Positions 46,761 to 60,883 of a DNA stretch of 64,000 nt are shown here, piece by piece; within the stretch, counting starts at the first letter, position 1, and the number at the start of each line of letters is the position of its first letter. The notes below the pieces were generated by a model, which worked only from the letters and a program-made list of their open reading frames with translations, was not told the origin of the DNA and searched no databases. The stretch comes from Eledone cirrhosa (lineage: Eukaryota), in contig OZ024740.1 of assembly GCA_964016885.1 (NCBI GenBank), positions 285,448,001-285,512,000 on the forward strand, in the 5' to 3' direction. The translations under genes were made by a program, and so were the position numbers.

Positions 46761-49300
46761 CTGGGAATGATTTGGACGTCTTTGATCTGGTGAAAGGAAA
46801 CAAGAAGAAAGCAATCTTTTTTCTCTCCCCCACTTTGTAACCAAACATTTGTCAGGAAAGAAAAGGAAACAGATGCTAACCAATGTAACCAGGTTTGCTG
46901 AATAGAAGAAAGCTGATGGCATAATATATAGGCTGGAATTATAACTCCCAGAAGAAAACATTTAGATATGTTCATTAGCTTTTCCTCTGCACTATCATAA
47001 AGACACGTTTTCTATCTGTCTACTTAACCTTCAAATCTGCATTGGTGATGATTGGCATTAGGTTTACGTTACTTACAAATCTATGTATGTATCATATCAG
47101 TAGGCCTGCTAATTGCTGTCTTCAGTGTTCACTGAAGTAGCGTACATCCTGCATTTATTGGAATTACTGAATTACTTGCCAAAAAATGCATTACTAAAAA
47201 AAAAAATATAAAAAATAAAATCCCCCAAAATAAAGGATAGGCAACATTTTCTTTTTCTTTCTGCCCAGCACATATGCACGAGGAGTTATGAATAAAGAAA
47301 CAAATGAAATACAGTTAAGGACTATTATTTTGGTTTCTTACAGATGATTTTATATACAATAATTAATTCTCTTTTACAAAATGTATTTTGGCATTGAAAA
47401 CAACTTTCTGGAAGATGCTTACTACTTCATTAACCATCTTGACACACTTCCAATGTCACTACATTGCCGTAGCATTGAAATTTTGAATGTTTTGCCCTTT
47501 TTTCTTAACTTGAATGCTTGCTTCTGCGTTTATTTTCAATCTGACAATTTTATTATTTGTTTAGATAGATATAGCAAGCATTGTTATAAATTTTTAAATT
47601 AATTTATTTCTAATTTTAATACATACAATATATATATTTTTCAAGCCATTTTCTTATTTTCTTTCTTTTTTTTAAAGTTTTATTTTTTTTTTTTTTTTTG
47701 ATTTCTTGAAATTCTGTAGTTGATTAAAAATTGCAACTATGAAACTTGTAATTAAAAATCTTCATCAAAGCTCTAGAAGTGCTTTGTTTGCTTGAGATGA
47801 TATCTTCATATAAGTTTATCTGATTAAGATACTTGTATAAAATTAAATGATTCTTTGGTAATAAAATTACAATAGCCTTTGGTAATAAATGTAAACCATG
47901 TTGGTTTTCTAAATTAGCTTCAACAAATAAGGTTTCAGCTGATAATGGCTCAGACCATGGTTAACTTCATAGCACTGTGTGGTTCTTTGGATTTTACCTT
48001 ATTTGTGGGAAAATGAAAAAGGTTTGGATTATTTAAAAAAAAAACAAAAAAAAAAACAAAAAATAAAATTTGACAAAAACAAAAATTAAATTGGGTGGGC
48101 AGATAAAAACTACTATCAGGGCAAAAACAAAATAGTAATGTAGTTCAGTTTTTCTTAAGTTAACCCTTATTTTATGTTTTTATCTTCACTATATATTTAA
48201 TGCTTGCTGTCACTGTGCATTGTGACAAGCTGTATCAGAGATGTTAAAGCTTATTTATTAAATAATAATTGTGACTTTTGCTAAATCTGTAAAGAATTAG
48301 AAAAGGAGAAAAAGAAAAAAAAAATTATTATTTTGTCTTCATTATAAACTACATTTTTTTTTTTTTTTTTTGTAATGTTTAATATAATCACTTCATTCAA
48401 AAATACAACTACACGCTAATCATACAGATACTCAAACTAAAATATCCTTTAATACCAACAATGTTTTTGATTAGTATACAACTGCAAATGTTCATTGACC
48501 TTCCAACTTGTTTTAAGCATGCCCCATTGTTAATTGTTTTACCTCACTACTGATAGCCTTATTTGTGTTAAAACATTGTTGATAGTTGTTGTTTAGCCCA
48601 AGCTCAACTTTGATTGAGCAGGTTTATGATCAAAGAAATTCCAGCCGTGACCATCCAATTTTATTTTTAAAAACATGACTTAGTCAGAGGAGGAAGTGAA
48701 GTGCCTATGATGTTTTTTCAGGGCTTCTGAAACTGGAGAAGTTGTCCTCAGACTGAAGACCTGGCACCAAATGCTTGCAAGTGCCCAAGGGCCAGGTAGT
48801 GGTGCTAAACCGGGTGACAGATTAGGGGTAGGGGCTGATTTGAGAGAGAGATTTGGATGCTGTTTCTAGAAATGGCTTGATCATTAATATTGCTTTGGTT
48901 TCGCAAAGCAATGAGTTTTTTTAGATGATGCTTTTATTTCTTAGGCCAATTCTTTTGTATTTCATCAAGTTATTTACATTTTTCTCTTCTTACATAAGTT
49001 TTTAACTAAAATATATAACATAGATATTTATGCTAGTGTATTAAATTTCTTTTCATTTTCTTTCTTTTTTGCTTCTTTTGATTCCTTTTTTTCTTTTTTA
49101 CCCTCATGAAATAACTTATTCTCAGTCTTAATTATATTTTTAAAAGTATCCAAATAATTGTGAATATTTGTAGTCATTGATAAGTTTTATTTCTCCCCCC
49201 TCTCTCTCTCCATGCCCCACCACATGTTTCTTCACTCCTTCCCTGAAATGTAATAAACATTATCTGTAATATTTCTTACATTTAATAAAAAAAGACACTA
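46761..49300 (+). other. Probable long AU-rich 3' UTR of the HSF gene
   Basis: Largely repeat-poor U/A-rich stretch after the stop. AATAAA hexamers occur at about 47214, 47291, 47884, 49252 and 49284. The true end cannot be fixed from sequence alone. Confidence 0.5.
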
Positions 49301-51384
49301 CTTTTTCAATATTATTAAATCCGTTAATTTTTTTAATTTTTTAATATTTTTTTTTTCTTCAGTGTTTACATGATGGGGGTTAAATTAGCTATACTTTTTT
49401 TTCTATCAATTTAATTTAATTATATTGAAGGACGCTAAATATGTTAATTGATTTGGTTAATAAAAAATATGTATAGTAAGTAGTATTGCTACTTTTCTTG
49501 AATTCTGTAGATTACTGTCACAAATTTCATTTTAGAAAATTAGATTTTGTCATGTTATGAGTGATTGTGTCATTACTTAAATAAAAATGATAATAATGCT
49601 AATTCTAATTATTTTTTATTATTATCAAAGCGCAACACATCAAATTTATCAAGAAGTTGTGATGTTTATGCCTTTCTCAAAAATGTATTAACATAAATTA
49701 AGATTGTTCCAACTTATATCAAGACTAAGCAGTCAATTGTAATGAAAGAGTTAAAAATATTGAAAAAAATGCTATGCAATATGTGATTCCAGCTGCTTAT
49801 GTTCCGAGTCCAAATCTTGCTATGGTCCTTTTTGTTTTTCATCCTTCTGAGTTCAATAAAAGAATATACTTGGTCAGGGTGGAGATTGACAGAATTATTA
49901 GATTATTGGACAAAATACTTGGTAGTGTTTGTTTCAGTTCTCTAATGTCTGAGTATCTAAACACCCAAAAGAAGACAACAGAAAGCCACCTTTGTATTCT
50001 CCCATGAAAATACCATGATAAGCACATGATACATAAGGAAATCACAAGAGATTGTTCGTTGACCTGATGGCACTTAAAGAAACTTGGGATCTAATTAAAT
50101 ACTGCAAGGTACTCTTCTATTTCCTTCATTTACTATTTTGATTATAATAATTTCTAATTTTGTCCGATGCTCTACTGATACTGCCCTACATAAGTACTTA
50201 TAATAATATTGATTGATGATAGATTTAGTAGACATGATATAACACCAGATTAAATGTCTTGGTGTATTTAATACCATTGTTCTTGGTTCTGAGTTTATAT
50301 CTTGCTATAGTCTTTCTTTCACTCTTCCTGTGTTGATAAAGTAAACACCAGCAAGATACTTGGTTCATTTCAATCAACTATAGCTGTCTCTTACACTTAT
50401 TCCCCTACAAATTAACACTAAAACTCATAATAACTTATTTAAAATGGTAGGTTATGAATTGTTGCAAGTGGACCTATCAGGAAGAGATTTTGTTACATGT
50501 AGTCCTTGATATATTTATCTGCAAATAAAACTACACCAATCACTGCTGGAATGTTTTTTTATCATAATTTTTGTTCAATTAGAGCTTATCTGTGGCTAAA
50601 CAACAACAACAACAACAAAACTTCTTTATTTTGCTGTAAAACCACCTCCAGTTTTTAAGATATACTGACATCTTTATTTATCTACAAGTTTAAGGCAATC
50701 TAATGATAGAAGTATGAAGCTGTATTACAAATGGTAGTCCAAGTAACTTCATTTAGGTTCTTTTAATTAAATTTTAGTTTCATTCTGCTCATTTTTTATT
50801 AGTTCTAGTCTGTTGGTTGTTGCCATACTGGATCACCACCAATATATTGTAGTTCTATTTTATGACTACATCTCTCTTTATAGGTTTAATAGTATGTCAG
50901 AATCAGTTGAGCAGAGGACAAAATATTTTACTATCTGAGTTCAAATCCTCCCAGAGTTGATTTTTACTTTTCATTTATTAAAAATATATCAATTAATCAA
51001 TACTTATACTTTCCTCCAAAGTGTGACCTTATTTCTCTGGTGTTATAAATATCTGAGAATACTAAATGTCATATGTCAGTGATGACATATTTCATTGAGC
51101 AATGATCAATTAGTCAATCAATCAATCACATACTTAATCAATACTTATTTTATGATAGTGTGATAAATAGGGCCAACCACTATATGTCTGCATTGTCCAG
51201 AATATTTTTCTTCTCAGAAGTAGAAGCTCTCTGATCCTATAATGAATGATCAGTTTTATTATGTCAGTGAAACCCTTGCCAGTTATACAATGTTCCTGCT
51301 GTTTATAATAATCCAGTGACAGGATATGAACTGATGATCTTTAGTTCTATTAACATTCAGCCTGTTCCATTCTCATTAATATTT

Positions 51385-51766
51385 TAGGTTGGCAGATTAA
51401 GTAAAGTATCGGACAAACTGACTTGTTATATTTAGTTATATTCCTTTACATTCTGAGTTCAGATCCCTCTAAAGTCATCTTAATTTTTCATCCTTGTGGA
51501 GTCAGTAATATGAAATAGTAATGCATAGCATTGTGCCTACATTAGAAATCATTATTATTTCTTAACTTGTGCCAAGGTAGCAAATCTCTATTATTGCCTG
51601 TATGAAGGCAATGAACTGGTAGTATTGGTAGAGTGTTGGACACCATGCTTTGCGGCATAGAGTTATGGCCATTTTTGTTTGGAGTTCAAATCCCGTTGAG
51701 GTTGACTTTGCCATTCATCCTTATGGTGGTTGATAAAATAAAGTACCAATAATACACTGGGGTTGA

Positions 51767-51798
<32 letters not shown>

Positions 51799-51835
51799 TT
51801 GTTGGCCTTGTGCCTAAATCAGAAACAATTATTGC
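51385..51835 (+). mobile_element. Two tandem tRNA-type SINE copies (first degenerate, second with a poly-C/poly-A linker)
   Basis: ctgagttcagatccc... at about 51453 and ggagttcaaatcccgttgaggttgactttgccattcatcc... at 51681. Confidence 0.8.
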
Positions 51836-53289
51836 CTGTAGGATAGCAGATATTTACCAGATAATAATGGTACAGCATAGCTGTGTTTTGGTATCTAGAA
51901 GAGCTAATGATTCGCTGTTCAATTGAAACTGCAATTGATTTTTAAAAAATTTTATAATCTTCTGAAGGAGCAGTTCCATATTAAATTGATTTGCCAACTA
52001 TTTTCTTCTTATGAATCATAAATTGATAAATATGACTTTCTGGGTGGTTATTGTTCATTATAATAGGACTTAAGGGGATTAAAGTAGTAGATCTGTTGGC
52101 TACATGGTCATCAGTTGAAATGTTACCATAGCTCTGGCGTTATGATTCTAAGAAAGGTCTATAACTCTATACTTAGTTAAGTGATTGTGCTACGTAGAGT
52201 GTTTAGCTATTAAATTGCTTTAATGGGATTTTTAAAAAGCATAGAAAACTGATAACTATGCAAGTATAAAACGATGGTTGTAAAACAGTCAAAATATATT
52301 TTAAAAGAATAAGGAAAATTACATTTATTTTGTTTAAAAGTTTGCTTTGTATCTTCAAAACCTATAAACAAAAGTTATATATTGTTAAAGAAAGTCCCTG
52401 TATGTCTATTATTCAAAAATATGTATTCAATAATAGGCTCTATCAGAATAAGTAGCTGTTGATTAGTCTTAAGTCAGCCCTGATCCAACAAATTGTTTAA
52501 TCTGTTATCATTTCAGCTTTTAATATTCATAAATGGTGGATCTATGATTGCATTATCCAATAAAATTGGTGTTAGGGTGTGATTTGAAGGAGATTTGGCT
52601 TCTATTTCAGGTTGAGTGACTATGTAGTCTTTATCATTAACTTGATTAAGTAAGGAATCATGTTGTTAGGAAGCATATTTTTCTCTTTCCATTATAATCC
52701 TGTAGAACTTCATTATTTAGTGCTATACCTATGGACATAAGTGATTGGTGAGACAGTTGCCACCTCTCACTTGCGATGTCTTCTTAGTCTGACAGGAGAA
52801 ACTGCTTTATCTTCTGAGTTTCAGCTGCACTTAAAGAAGCTATGGAAAATAGTCCAGTGGCCTGGAGTATGTCACAAATGCAAAGACGTAGATTTCAGGG
52901 AGGCAGCAACAAAATTTAGACTAATGGTGTGTTGGGGCTAAGACTGGCCACTTTTATTTAATCCACTTCTAACATTGCCACATGGCTACACAATTCGGAG
53001 AAAGGGATATATATTGATACTGATTTTACTGAGCAGACTATAAAGGAATGTAACTGGAATACCACAGAGTATTTTGTTTCACACTAATAATAATAACAAC
53101 AATAATAATAATTTTGATTCCTCAATTTCCCCAAAATCCAGTTAATTTTTTCAAGCTGAATCTTATACAGCAGCCACTCAATCTGCTAGAAATAGCAGCA
53201 GACAGATATTGTTCAAATTAAAAAGAAAAAGGGTATATTAGATAATGTAGTTATAGATTACCTTAAAATAAAAATGGATGGGCCTTCTC

Positions 53290-54010
53290 TAGAACAGCAT
53301 CTTGCCATTTGTTATCTCCTTTGTGAGATTCAATCACTTAGGATTAGCTTTTAACACCTCTTCCCATGTATCTTCTTTTGGTCTTGCTCTTCTGAATTGC
53401 CTGGCAATTCTTTATCCAACTGTCATCTTCCATATGCATCACATGTCCATCCCAGCACAATTTTCTATCTTGCATGCTAAACCTCATTTCTCTTGTACCC
53501 AGTTTTTCTTTTGGCTCATTCATGCACACTAACATTACACAACCCACAGAGCATGTTTGATTTATTTATTTCTAACCTTCACACATTTTATTATCATGCA
53601 ATACAGCACCTCATAACCAAGCATCGTACAATCTATCCTTTACTTGGAGAGAGAATCCCCTTGTCAGCAGATGTAATAGCTCACTGATCTATTTTCATTC
53701 CATTCTTAATCTGACCACTGTGATTTCAGATTATTCACCTCCACTGCTAATTACGATCCCTTAATAACAGAAACTATCAACTACTTCTAGGGAGGTCTCC
53801 GAGCATTTGAAATAATTTATTTCATGTGTGTTCCTACTGCTAACTATTCCTGTAAATCTGCTACATACAAAGTCTTTCTTCTCTGTCAACCTCCCTCTTG
53901 TGCATTCATGGATTACATTCGGTATATAATGCAGAGTTCTTACCTACCCCTTTTATGTATATTGACAATGGCTTCTTCCTTGATGTCGGTAGAGTCCTGT
54001 CTTCTTTCCT
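53290..54010 (-). mobile_element. Old degenerate RTE fragment
   Basis: LCWDGHVMHMEDDSWIKNCQ and upstream RT remnants. Confidence 0.75.
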
Positions 54011-54319
54011 GCTAAAAACAAACATGAAAGCATAGAAAAATGTACATTAAATGATGATAATAAAGATGTGTGTGTAAGTTTATATATGTGTATGTGAGTT
54101 TATATATGTATATATATATGTGTGTGTGTGTGTGTGTGCATTTGGCTGTACATGTGAGGTTTTATTCATATTTTCGAAACAGGCTTCATATTAACTTATT
54201 TTCCTGTTGCTATCCATTCCTTGCATATTAGCAACAGACAACTTTGAGTAATGACAAAATGAAGCCTCAATTTTGAATAAATGTGTACACACGTATATAG
54301 ATATATCTATATACATGTA

Positions 54320-54640
54320 GGAAGTAAATTGTCAGTCGTTGGAATATCAAATTGAATGCTTTGCAATATAAATTCTGGCTCTCTGCGCTCTGAGTTCAAA
54401 TCCTACTGAGGATAACTTAGCCATTCATTCTTTTGAGGTTGATAAGAAAAAAAGTGCCAGTCCAATACTGGGGTCAATTCTTTCTCTATATCTCTTTATC
54501 ACATCTTCTCTCCTTCACTGGAAATAGAAATCGGTTGTGTTCAGATCTGGAGAGGGATGGGCTCTACCAGGTTTAAAATGCCTAAGACATGCAGTATGTC
54601 ATTAAGGTGTCCCTACAATTTGATCAGGAGTTACAGGTTC
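54320..54640 (+). mobile_element. tRNA-type SINE with alternative 3' tail
   Basis: Same head, core and tail arrangement as 10010-10300. Confidence 0.7.
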
Positions 54641-55805
54641 ATACAATACATATATATGTATATATATATATATATATATACATATGTGTGTGTGTATATT
54701 GATCAACTGTTTACTTACCAGCTTGACAACTCTTTCTCCCTCTCTCTGATAATATCTCTCTTTTGGTTTGATGAAAGCCTTTATATTTTCCTGTTCTCTC
54801 AGGTGTTACCATTTGTATAACTTGTCTGTACCATATACTGTCCTATTTCCATACATGACTTTATTGTTATTTCTTTATGTACTTACTTTGTTGTCCTAGT
54901 CAAAAGACACTCCCTAGTTTTCCCCTGTCTCTGTGTGTTGTTAGGTTGTCTTGTATGCATCTTTCCAGCAGTTTGTTCAAGCTGTTGTGCAACCTGAGCA
55001 CAATATTGTGCAATACCATCTTTGTGCACAAGGTTGTGTTGTCTGTGGGTGGCTGACAGGGAGGAAGGATGCTTTTGTCTGTTTGTCCCACTTGTTTCAT
55101 TTTTTCCATGTGCAACTTTGGTATATATATATATATATATAATGTGCTTTCTGATTATTTTGGCACAGCATAAAACAATGAAACTACATGTCATGTAGAA
55201 ATCACTTTTAAATTAAATATATATATATATTAATAAAGTATAATTGTCAGAAGAAGAAATAAAACACTGTTTATCACTTGGGTAAAAAAACATAATAATA
55301 AAACAATTTGAATCTAATACTTTTGTCTTTCACGAGATAAAATCTATATTATATTCTGTACAGTAGCAAAGACATACTTTATATATATAAATATATACTT
55401 TCACCATAAGTGGGATCATATATATAATGACTCTTTAGTCTTACTCGGGAAAAGACAACTTCTCTAGTGCTTGTGCCATGATGAAATGCTTCAAACACTG
55501 TAAAGTGGTTGGTGATAGGAAGGGCATGTAACACTGCATGTATGAGTAAGATGTAGTCCCTGGCCCATCTAGGGAGGCAGTAGCTCAAAATAACCGACTT
55601 GATTAGTGATACTCCAGTCAAACCATGTCAACATGAAAAAGTTAATATATAAAAATGGTTACAATGATGTACACATGAATATGTGTATATATGTACTCAA
55701 CAATATATAAAGAAATATATTTATGTGCACCTGTGTGTATATATAGTTTGATTTAAAAATTAGGCTGTATGGTTACAATGATAATATCATAAAAAAAATC
55801 ACATA

Positions 55806-55972
55806 GGAGAAATATAGGAAACAAAACTCAGAAGAGACAAGCACATGGACAGTTCCCACTCACCAGCCATCTACCAGGGATCATTATAGTTTCGGATGTT
55901 CAGAAGACAGCCAATGTGTGGGAACTGTCCATGTGCTTGTCTCTTCTAAGTTTACTGTTTCCTATATTTCTC
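55806..55972. repeat. Inverted repeat, arms of about 55 bp
   Basis: gagaaatataggaaaca..aactcagaagagacaagcacatggacagttcccac versus gtgggaactgtccatgtgcttgtctcttctaagttt..tgtttcctatatttctc. Confidence 0.93.
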
Positions 55973-56460
55973 TAATATACATACATGTACACACACAATT
56001 TGCAGTATGTTGTCATGGTGTGCAACTGGACATGTATCATTTAAACTAATAAATATTTATTCTCTGTGTTTTATTAGGTTCTAAGTGCTATATTTGATAG
56101 CAGCTACTAGTTTCATAACTGCCCATTTGAATGAAAATATTTGTCTGTTCATCTACCAAATCTCTCTCTCTCTAATCTATCTGTCTCTGCAAATATTTAT
56201 ATATAAATATATTTATGTACACAAGAATGTATGTGTGTGTATGTGAAATTGGGTGTGTTTATATTTGTACCTTAAATGTTGAAGTAAAGTCCGTAGCTAT
56301 ATTGAATTTAAAATAGGATTTTGCAGTTTCTTTTCCCTTTTTAATGATTCCCTGACTGAAGTATTTATTATTTATAATTTTCCTATATTTTTACAAATTA
56401 GGATTTACTTTTTTATCCCCTCAGTGTTATTCAGTATATCTCTTTCCTTCCAGCAATTTC

Positions 56461-56495
<35 letters not shown>

Positions 56496-57663
56496 CACAC
56501 ACACGCACATACATACTCACATGTACACACACACAAACGTTTAGTTCATTTCTTTTCTGCTTAGCATATAAAATTGTTAATTTTTGGTCTTTTAGACTTT
56601 CAGCTGTTAACCCTTTTTGTCCCCGCTGCTGAAATACCAGAAACCATTTTAAAATACAACATTAAATATTGTTTTATTGGCTTTATTTACAATGGGACAA
56701 GATGTTTTCAAAGAAACCAAAATATACACATGTAAAACAAAGCAAGGACTTTGAATATCATTTGATTCCACTCCAAGACCTCTGCTTTGGTTCTCTTATT
56801 ATTGTTTCTTAATTCCACCCATACTCAACCTCTCTTGTGCTGTTAAATGCTTTTATTTTTTTTTTATCACATGAAATAAAGGTTGTGTAAATCATGGTAC
56901 CTTATACAATATATATATATACATTATGTAGCATATATATATATATATATATATGTATACCAACTAATTGACCATTAGTTTTTCAGGAATTTCATAAACA
57001 CACTTCTCTTCTGCATATTCCATAAAGGCATTTGTTGGTATTTCTGCAATCTCTAACAGATGTTCTGTTTAGCTTGGCTAATTTACTCACTTAACACAAC
57101 ACATTCAAACATACACTTGTGTATGTGTGTACACATACATGCACACTTACCAAATTTCAAACTAACTTACAGATGAATCGTCAACGGGATAATTTTTTTT
57201 CTTTTTTTTTTGTACATATGACCTCGTATAGACTTTACTCTGTTACACATATTCAAGATCAGTTCAATGTGAAGTGTAAACCAGAACAATTAAACTAAAC
57301 AGAACAAAAACCCCACTGCACTTTTTTTTTTATTTGGCCAGTGGTAATTTTATCCACTGTAATACAGTGTAAATAAAACTGTTTTTCATGAAATAAACTT
57401 AATAAAAAACAATGAGTTGTTTGTTTTAATTTTACTGGATTCTTGTAGCATGATGTTTTTTGTCTTATATTTGATGTTGGGTAAACATTTATGGTGATCT
57501 GAAAACCTTGCGTTCTTTGTGAGGTGTATCTCAGCCATCCAACAGAGGGAGCTGAAGTCAGTGCAGCAGGTTAACAAAATATTCATCAATTTTACAGTAA
57601 TGCTACTATCACTTACACTGGAAAATTGTTTTGATGCTGTGTGTAGTACATATTTAGAAGTTA

Positions 57664-57867
57664 CCGTATATACTCGATATAAGCCGAGAAATATGTGACC
57701 CCAAAAAAAAATCATTGGGAGGCACCTTATATTCAGGGTTAATATTTTGACGATTTTCACCAACTCCAAATTTTACATAAATAAGGTTTGGAATTTTGCC
57801 CATTTCTCAGACATAAAATAGTGGGGTTAATTTATATTTGTATAGACTTATATATGACTATGTACAG
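57664..57867. mobile_element. Short pogo-like MITE
   Basis: TA|ccgtatatactcgatataagcc...gacttatatatgactatgtacag|TA; same TIR family as 15950-17141. Confidence 0.75.
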
Positions 57868-57889
57868 TAGGCCCCATACATCCCCCATG

Positions 57890-58235
57890 AGGACAGGCTG
57901 AAGTTTGTATCCAGTGAAGTCCCCAGCCCACACTGTAAAGTAGCCGTGATGGTGACACAGCAATAAGCACCCAGTCGACACTAGAGTGTCGTGTAGGAGT
58001 CACGATAAAAAGCGCCTAGTCCACACTGTAAAGTGGTCATGTAGGCATTGAACCTAGTACTCACTGTAAATGAGGTTGGCGTTGGGAATGGCATCCAGCT
58101 GTAGAAACCAAGCCAGTATCAGTTCTGTATGAGCAAGACATGGTCACCTGACCTAGCATTGCCCACAACAGGACAACTCATGTAACCCATGCTAGTGTGG
58201 AAGAAGGGACATAAAACAGTGATGTTGATGATGGC
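57890..58235 (+). mobile_element. RTE subfamily A 3' UTR fragment
   Basis: cactgtaaa repeats, ggcatccagctgtagaaa, aacccatgctagtgtggaagaa and a (GAT)n-like tail; reverse complement of about 850-1110. Confidence 0.8.
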
Positions 58236-59243
58236 AGCAAATGTGAATGGGTAAAATGTACCTGTTATAGCATGCAACTACTAATTTCTCTGTTAGTTGT
58301 CTAAAATCCTACTCTCTCAGAAGTAAATTCATTAATAAATATGCATACATTGAGTGTATAAAAATTGTAGATGGTTTGGTTTATTGGATGTTGGTTCTAA
58401 CTGATCAAAGAGTGCTCAATGTGTTGGTGATCATTGATGTATTTCATCCATGCTCAAGATACTTTGCTATCAAATAATCCTACTTAGCTAGCTGTAGCTA
58501 CATATGATTTGGTGTGGCTTATTGATGTAAAAGAGAACACCAGTGTATACATGGGCGGTTTCATAATCTTGTAGTATAGTATAAATCGTCTTGTGAAAAC
58601 CACTTGGAGAAGGGTGGACCTTGCTAAACAGACATAGTCTGTAAGTCAGTTAGGGCACTCTTAATTCAATATTAAGATTGAGTACATAATGACATAGAAG
58701 ACTTTGAAATAACAGAAAGCACACTATTTCTCTCTCTCTCTCTCTATATATATATATAATGTCTCTCTCTCTCACTGCCAGACAAACAATTATCAACCCA
58801 TTAAGAAAGGCAGTAAAAACCATACTTAAATCATTGCACACATACATATATCATAACAACTGAGGCCTTTATTTCATTACATTGTCTACGGTAACCTCGT
58901 AGCAGGCTATTAACTTAATAAATATATTTTAGTAGCAATCATGTTTTACTTGTTCATTCATTGGCATTTTCACACAACACATATATAGTACAAATTTTGC
59001 CTTCTTCGTAATCACCCAGTCAGCCAACAACTTTACTTCTACAACTTCGTCCACGCTCAAATGAACAACAACAAACCCAAACCAATTCATTCCATCGCTT
59101 CATTTATTCTACATTCTACATTTTATCGCTACACAAAGCACCATCAACTTCGTCACATTTTATATTTGCCCCTTTTCCTTTATGCTACATATATCCCTTC
59201 CATATGCTGTACTAATTGTATTGTTATTTCTGTTTACCTTTTA

Positions 59244-59282
<39 letters not shown>

Positions 59283-59392
59283 AATAAAATCCAAAGAAGG
59301 CTCGATAAGGATTGTATTTATATAAGTATATATAAACCCGTAGAGCGAATGTTTATTATTAGTAGAGATTAAAGTTTAAGCAAAGAATTTAT

Positions 59393-59550
59393 AAAGTGAA
59401 CAACACAATATATAACTACTCCATTACCAAAGGTTTTAGGACCCTAGACAATATTAATATACGTCTGGATCGTTCATCAGAGATGTTATGAATAGAAAAT
59501 ATGAAATGAGATTTGGTAATGGAGTAGTTATATTTTGTGTTGTTCACTTT
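59393..59550. repeat. Inverted repeat, arms of about 39 bp
   Basis: aaagtgaacaacacaatatataactactccattaccaaa versus tttggtaatggagtagttatattttgtgttgttcacttt. Confidence 0.93.
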
Positions 59551-59621
59551 CTAATTGAAGAGCTCTGTTCTATACATAGAGCACTCTCTTTTTTCCTTTG
59601 CTTTATCTTCGGAATTACCTA

Positions 59622-59665
<44 letters not shown>

Positions 59666-60140
59666 GCCACACACACGGACACTCTTTCTCTGTGGATAGA
59701 TAGATACATACCGAGGCAGATAAACAGAGGTAAATAGATAGATGGAGTAATAGATACAGAGATAGGTAAATAGATGAAGTCTTTCACTCTCTCTCTTCCT
59801 GCTTCATCTTATTCAATTTTTTTTTTTTTACATTGCAAACATAATTTAATTTATATTTGTTGAAATTTTTTTTTTATTTTTGAAAAACGTACGAAAAAAA
59901 AAACAACTTTTAAAGAAGATTACTCTTGCTTTCTTCTTTCTAGGTTATCTCCCTTGGAATTATTTGTGCAGTACATTCTATGACTACAATCTTTATACGA
60001 TATTGTTATTGTGTAACAAGTTCGCTTTTCAAATATGCAATGCAAGGTTTGATCTTACTGTACGTCACTATGCGTAAAAGTCTTCTATTACAGTATCGGC
60101 TCGTCATTCATGTGTGTGTACACACACACACACACACACA

Positions 60141-60199
<59 letters not shown>

Positions 60200-60221
60200 T
60201 TATATACATATGTACATATAT

Positions 60222-60264
60222 ATAAATGTAATCTGAGTTTTCGGAAAACTCAGATTACATTTAT
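60222..60264. repeat. Perfect palindrome, 21-bp arms with a 1-nt spacer
   Basis: ataaatgtaatctgagttttc-g-gaaaactcagattacatttat. Confidence 0.97.
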
Positions 60265-60362
60265 TGTATTTAGCCATATATTGTAAATATATATATATAC
60301 CATGATAGTAAATATTCCGTGATATTAAATAAATGGAAACTATATTTATAAAACCATATTTA

Positions 60363-60423
60363 TTTTATTATATATATTTCAAGGGCAATCAAGCCAGCCT
60401 TGGTGCGCTTTCATCAGATAAAA
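60363..60423 (-). ncRNA. Type I hammerhead ribozyme (candidate)
   Basis: Minus strand: UUUUAU-CUGAUGA-AAG(CGCACCAAGGCUGGCUUGAUUGCC)CUU-GAAA-UAUAUA-UA^AUAAAA. The core is complete, stem I is a perfect 6 bp, stem II is extended and imperfect, and stem III is palindromic. Confidence 0.7.
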
Positions 60424-60557
60424 CACAAAGTTTGTTTTATAAATAAAGACGTACCCATGAAGATTCAACCTTAACGGTCTGAAATTCACTGGTGTCTGTC
60501 CAGTCTTTTCCTCCTGCCCTCACCTTCACCACCTCTGTCTCCAAGTCTTCTGTCCAA

Positions 60558-60616
60558 TTTCTTGATATATTTCAAGGGAAACCAAGCCAACCTTGGTGCG
60601 CTTTCATCAGATAAAA
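60558..60616 (-). ncRNA. Second, degenerate hammerhead copy
   Basis: UUUUAU-CUGAUGA-AAG...CUU-GAAA-UAUA-UC^AAGAAA. The core is intact, stem III is 2 nt shorter, and stem I has an A:A mismatch and a G:U pair. Confidence 0.45.
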
Positions 60617-60801
60617 AAACAAAGCGCACCAAGGCTGGCTTGATTGCCCTTGAAATATATATAATAAAATAAATATGGTTTTATAAATATAGTTTCCATT
60701 TATTTAAAATCACGGAATATTTACTCCAGTAAACTGTTGAGTGCTCTAAATCAGTTATAAACATTTGCGTTTGTCGGAATTCTAACAAATTAAATACAAC
60801 T

Positions 60802-60883
<82 letters not shown>

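Larger units (their letters stand above)
60307..60725. repeat. Inverted repeat with arms of about 105 bp (Penelope pLTR-like)
   Basis: 60307-60411 is the reverse complement of 60621-60725, with about one mismatch by eye. Confidence 0.93.

Noticed and set aside
54883-55194. GC-richer island with overlapping minus-strand ORFs (103 and 71 aa)
   Set aside because: No recognisable domain or convincing splice context; probably an unidentified TE fragment.
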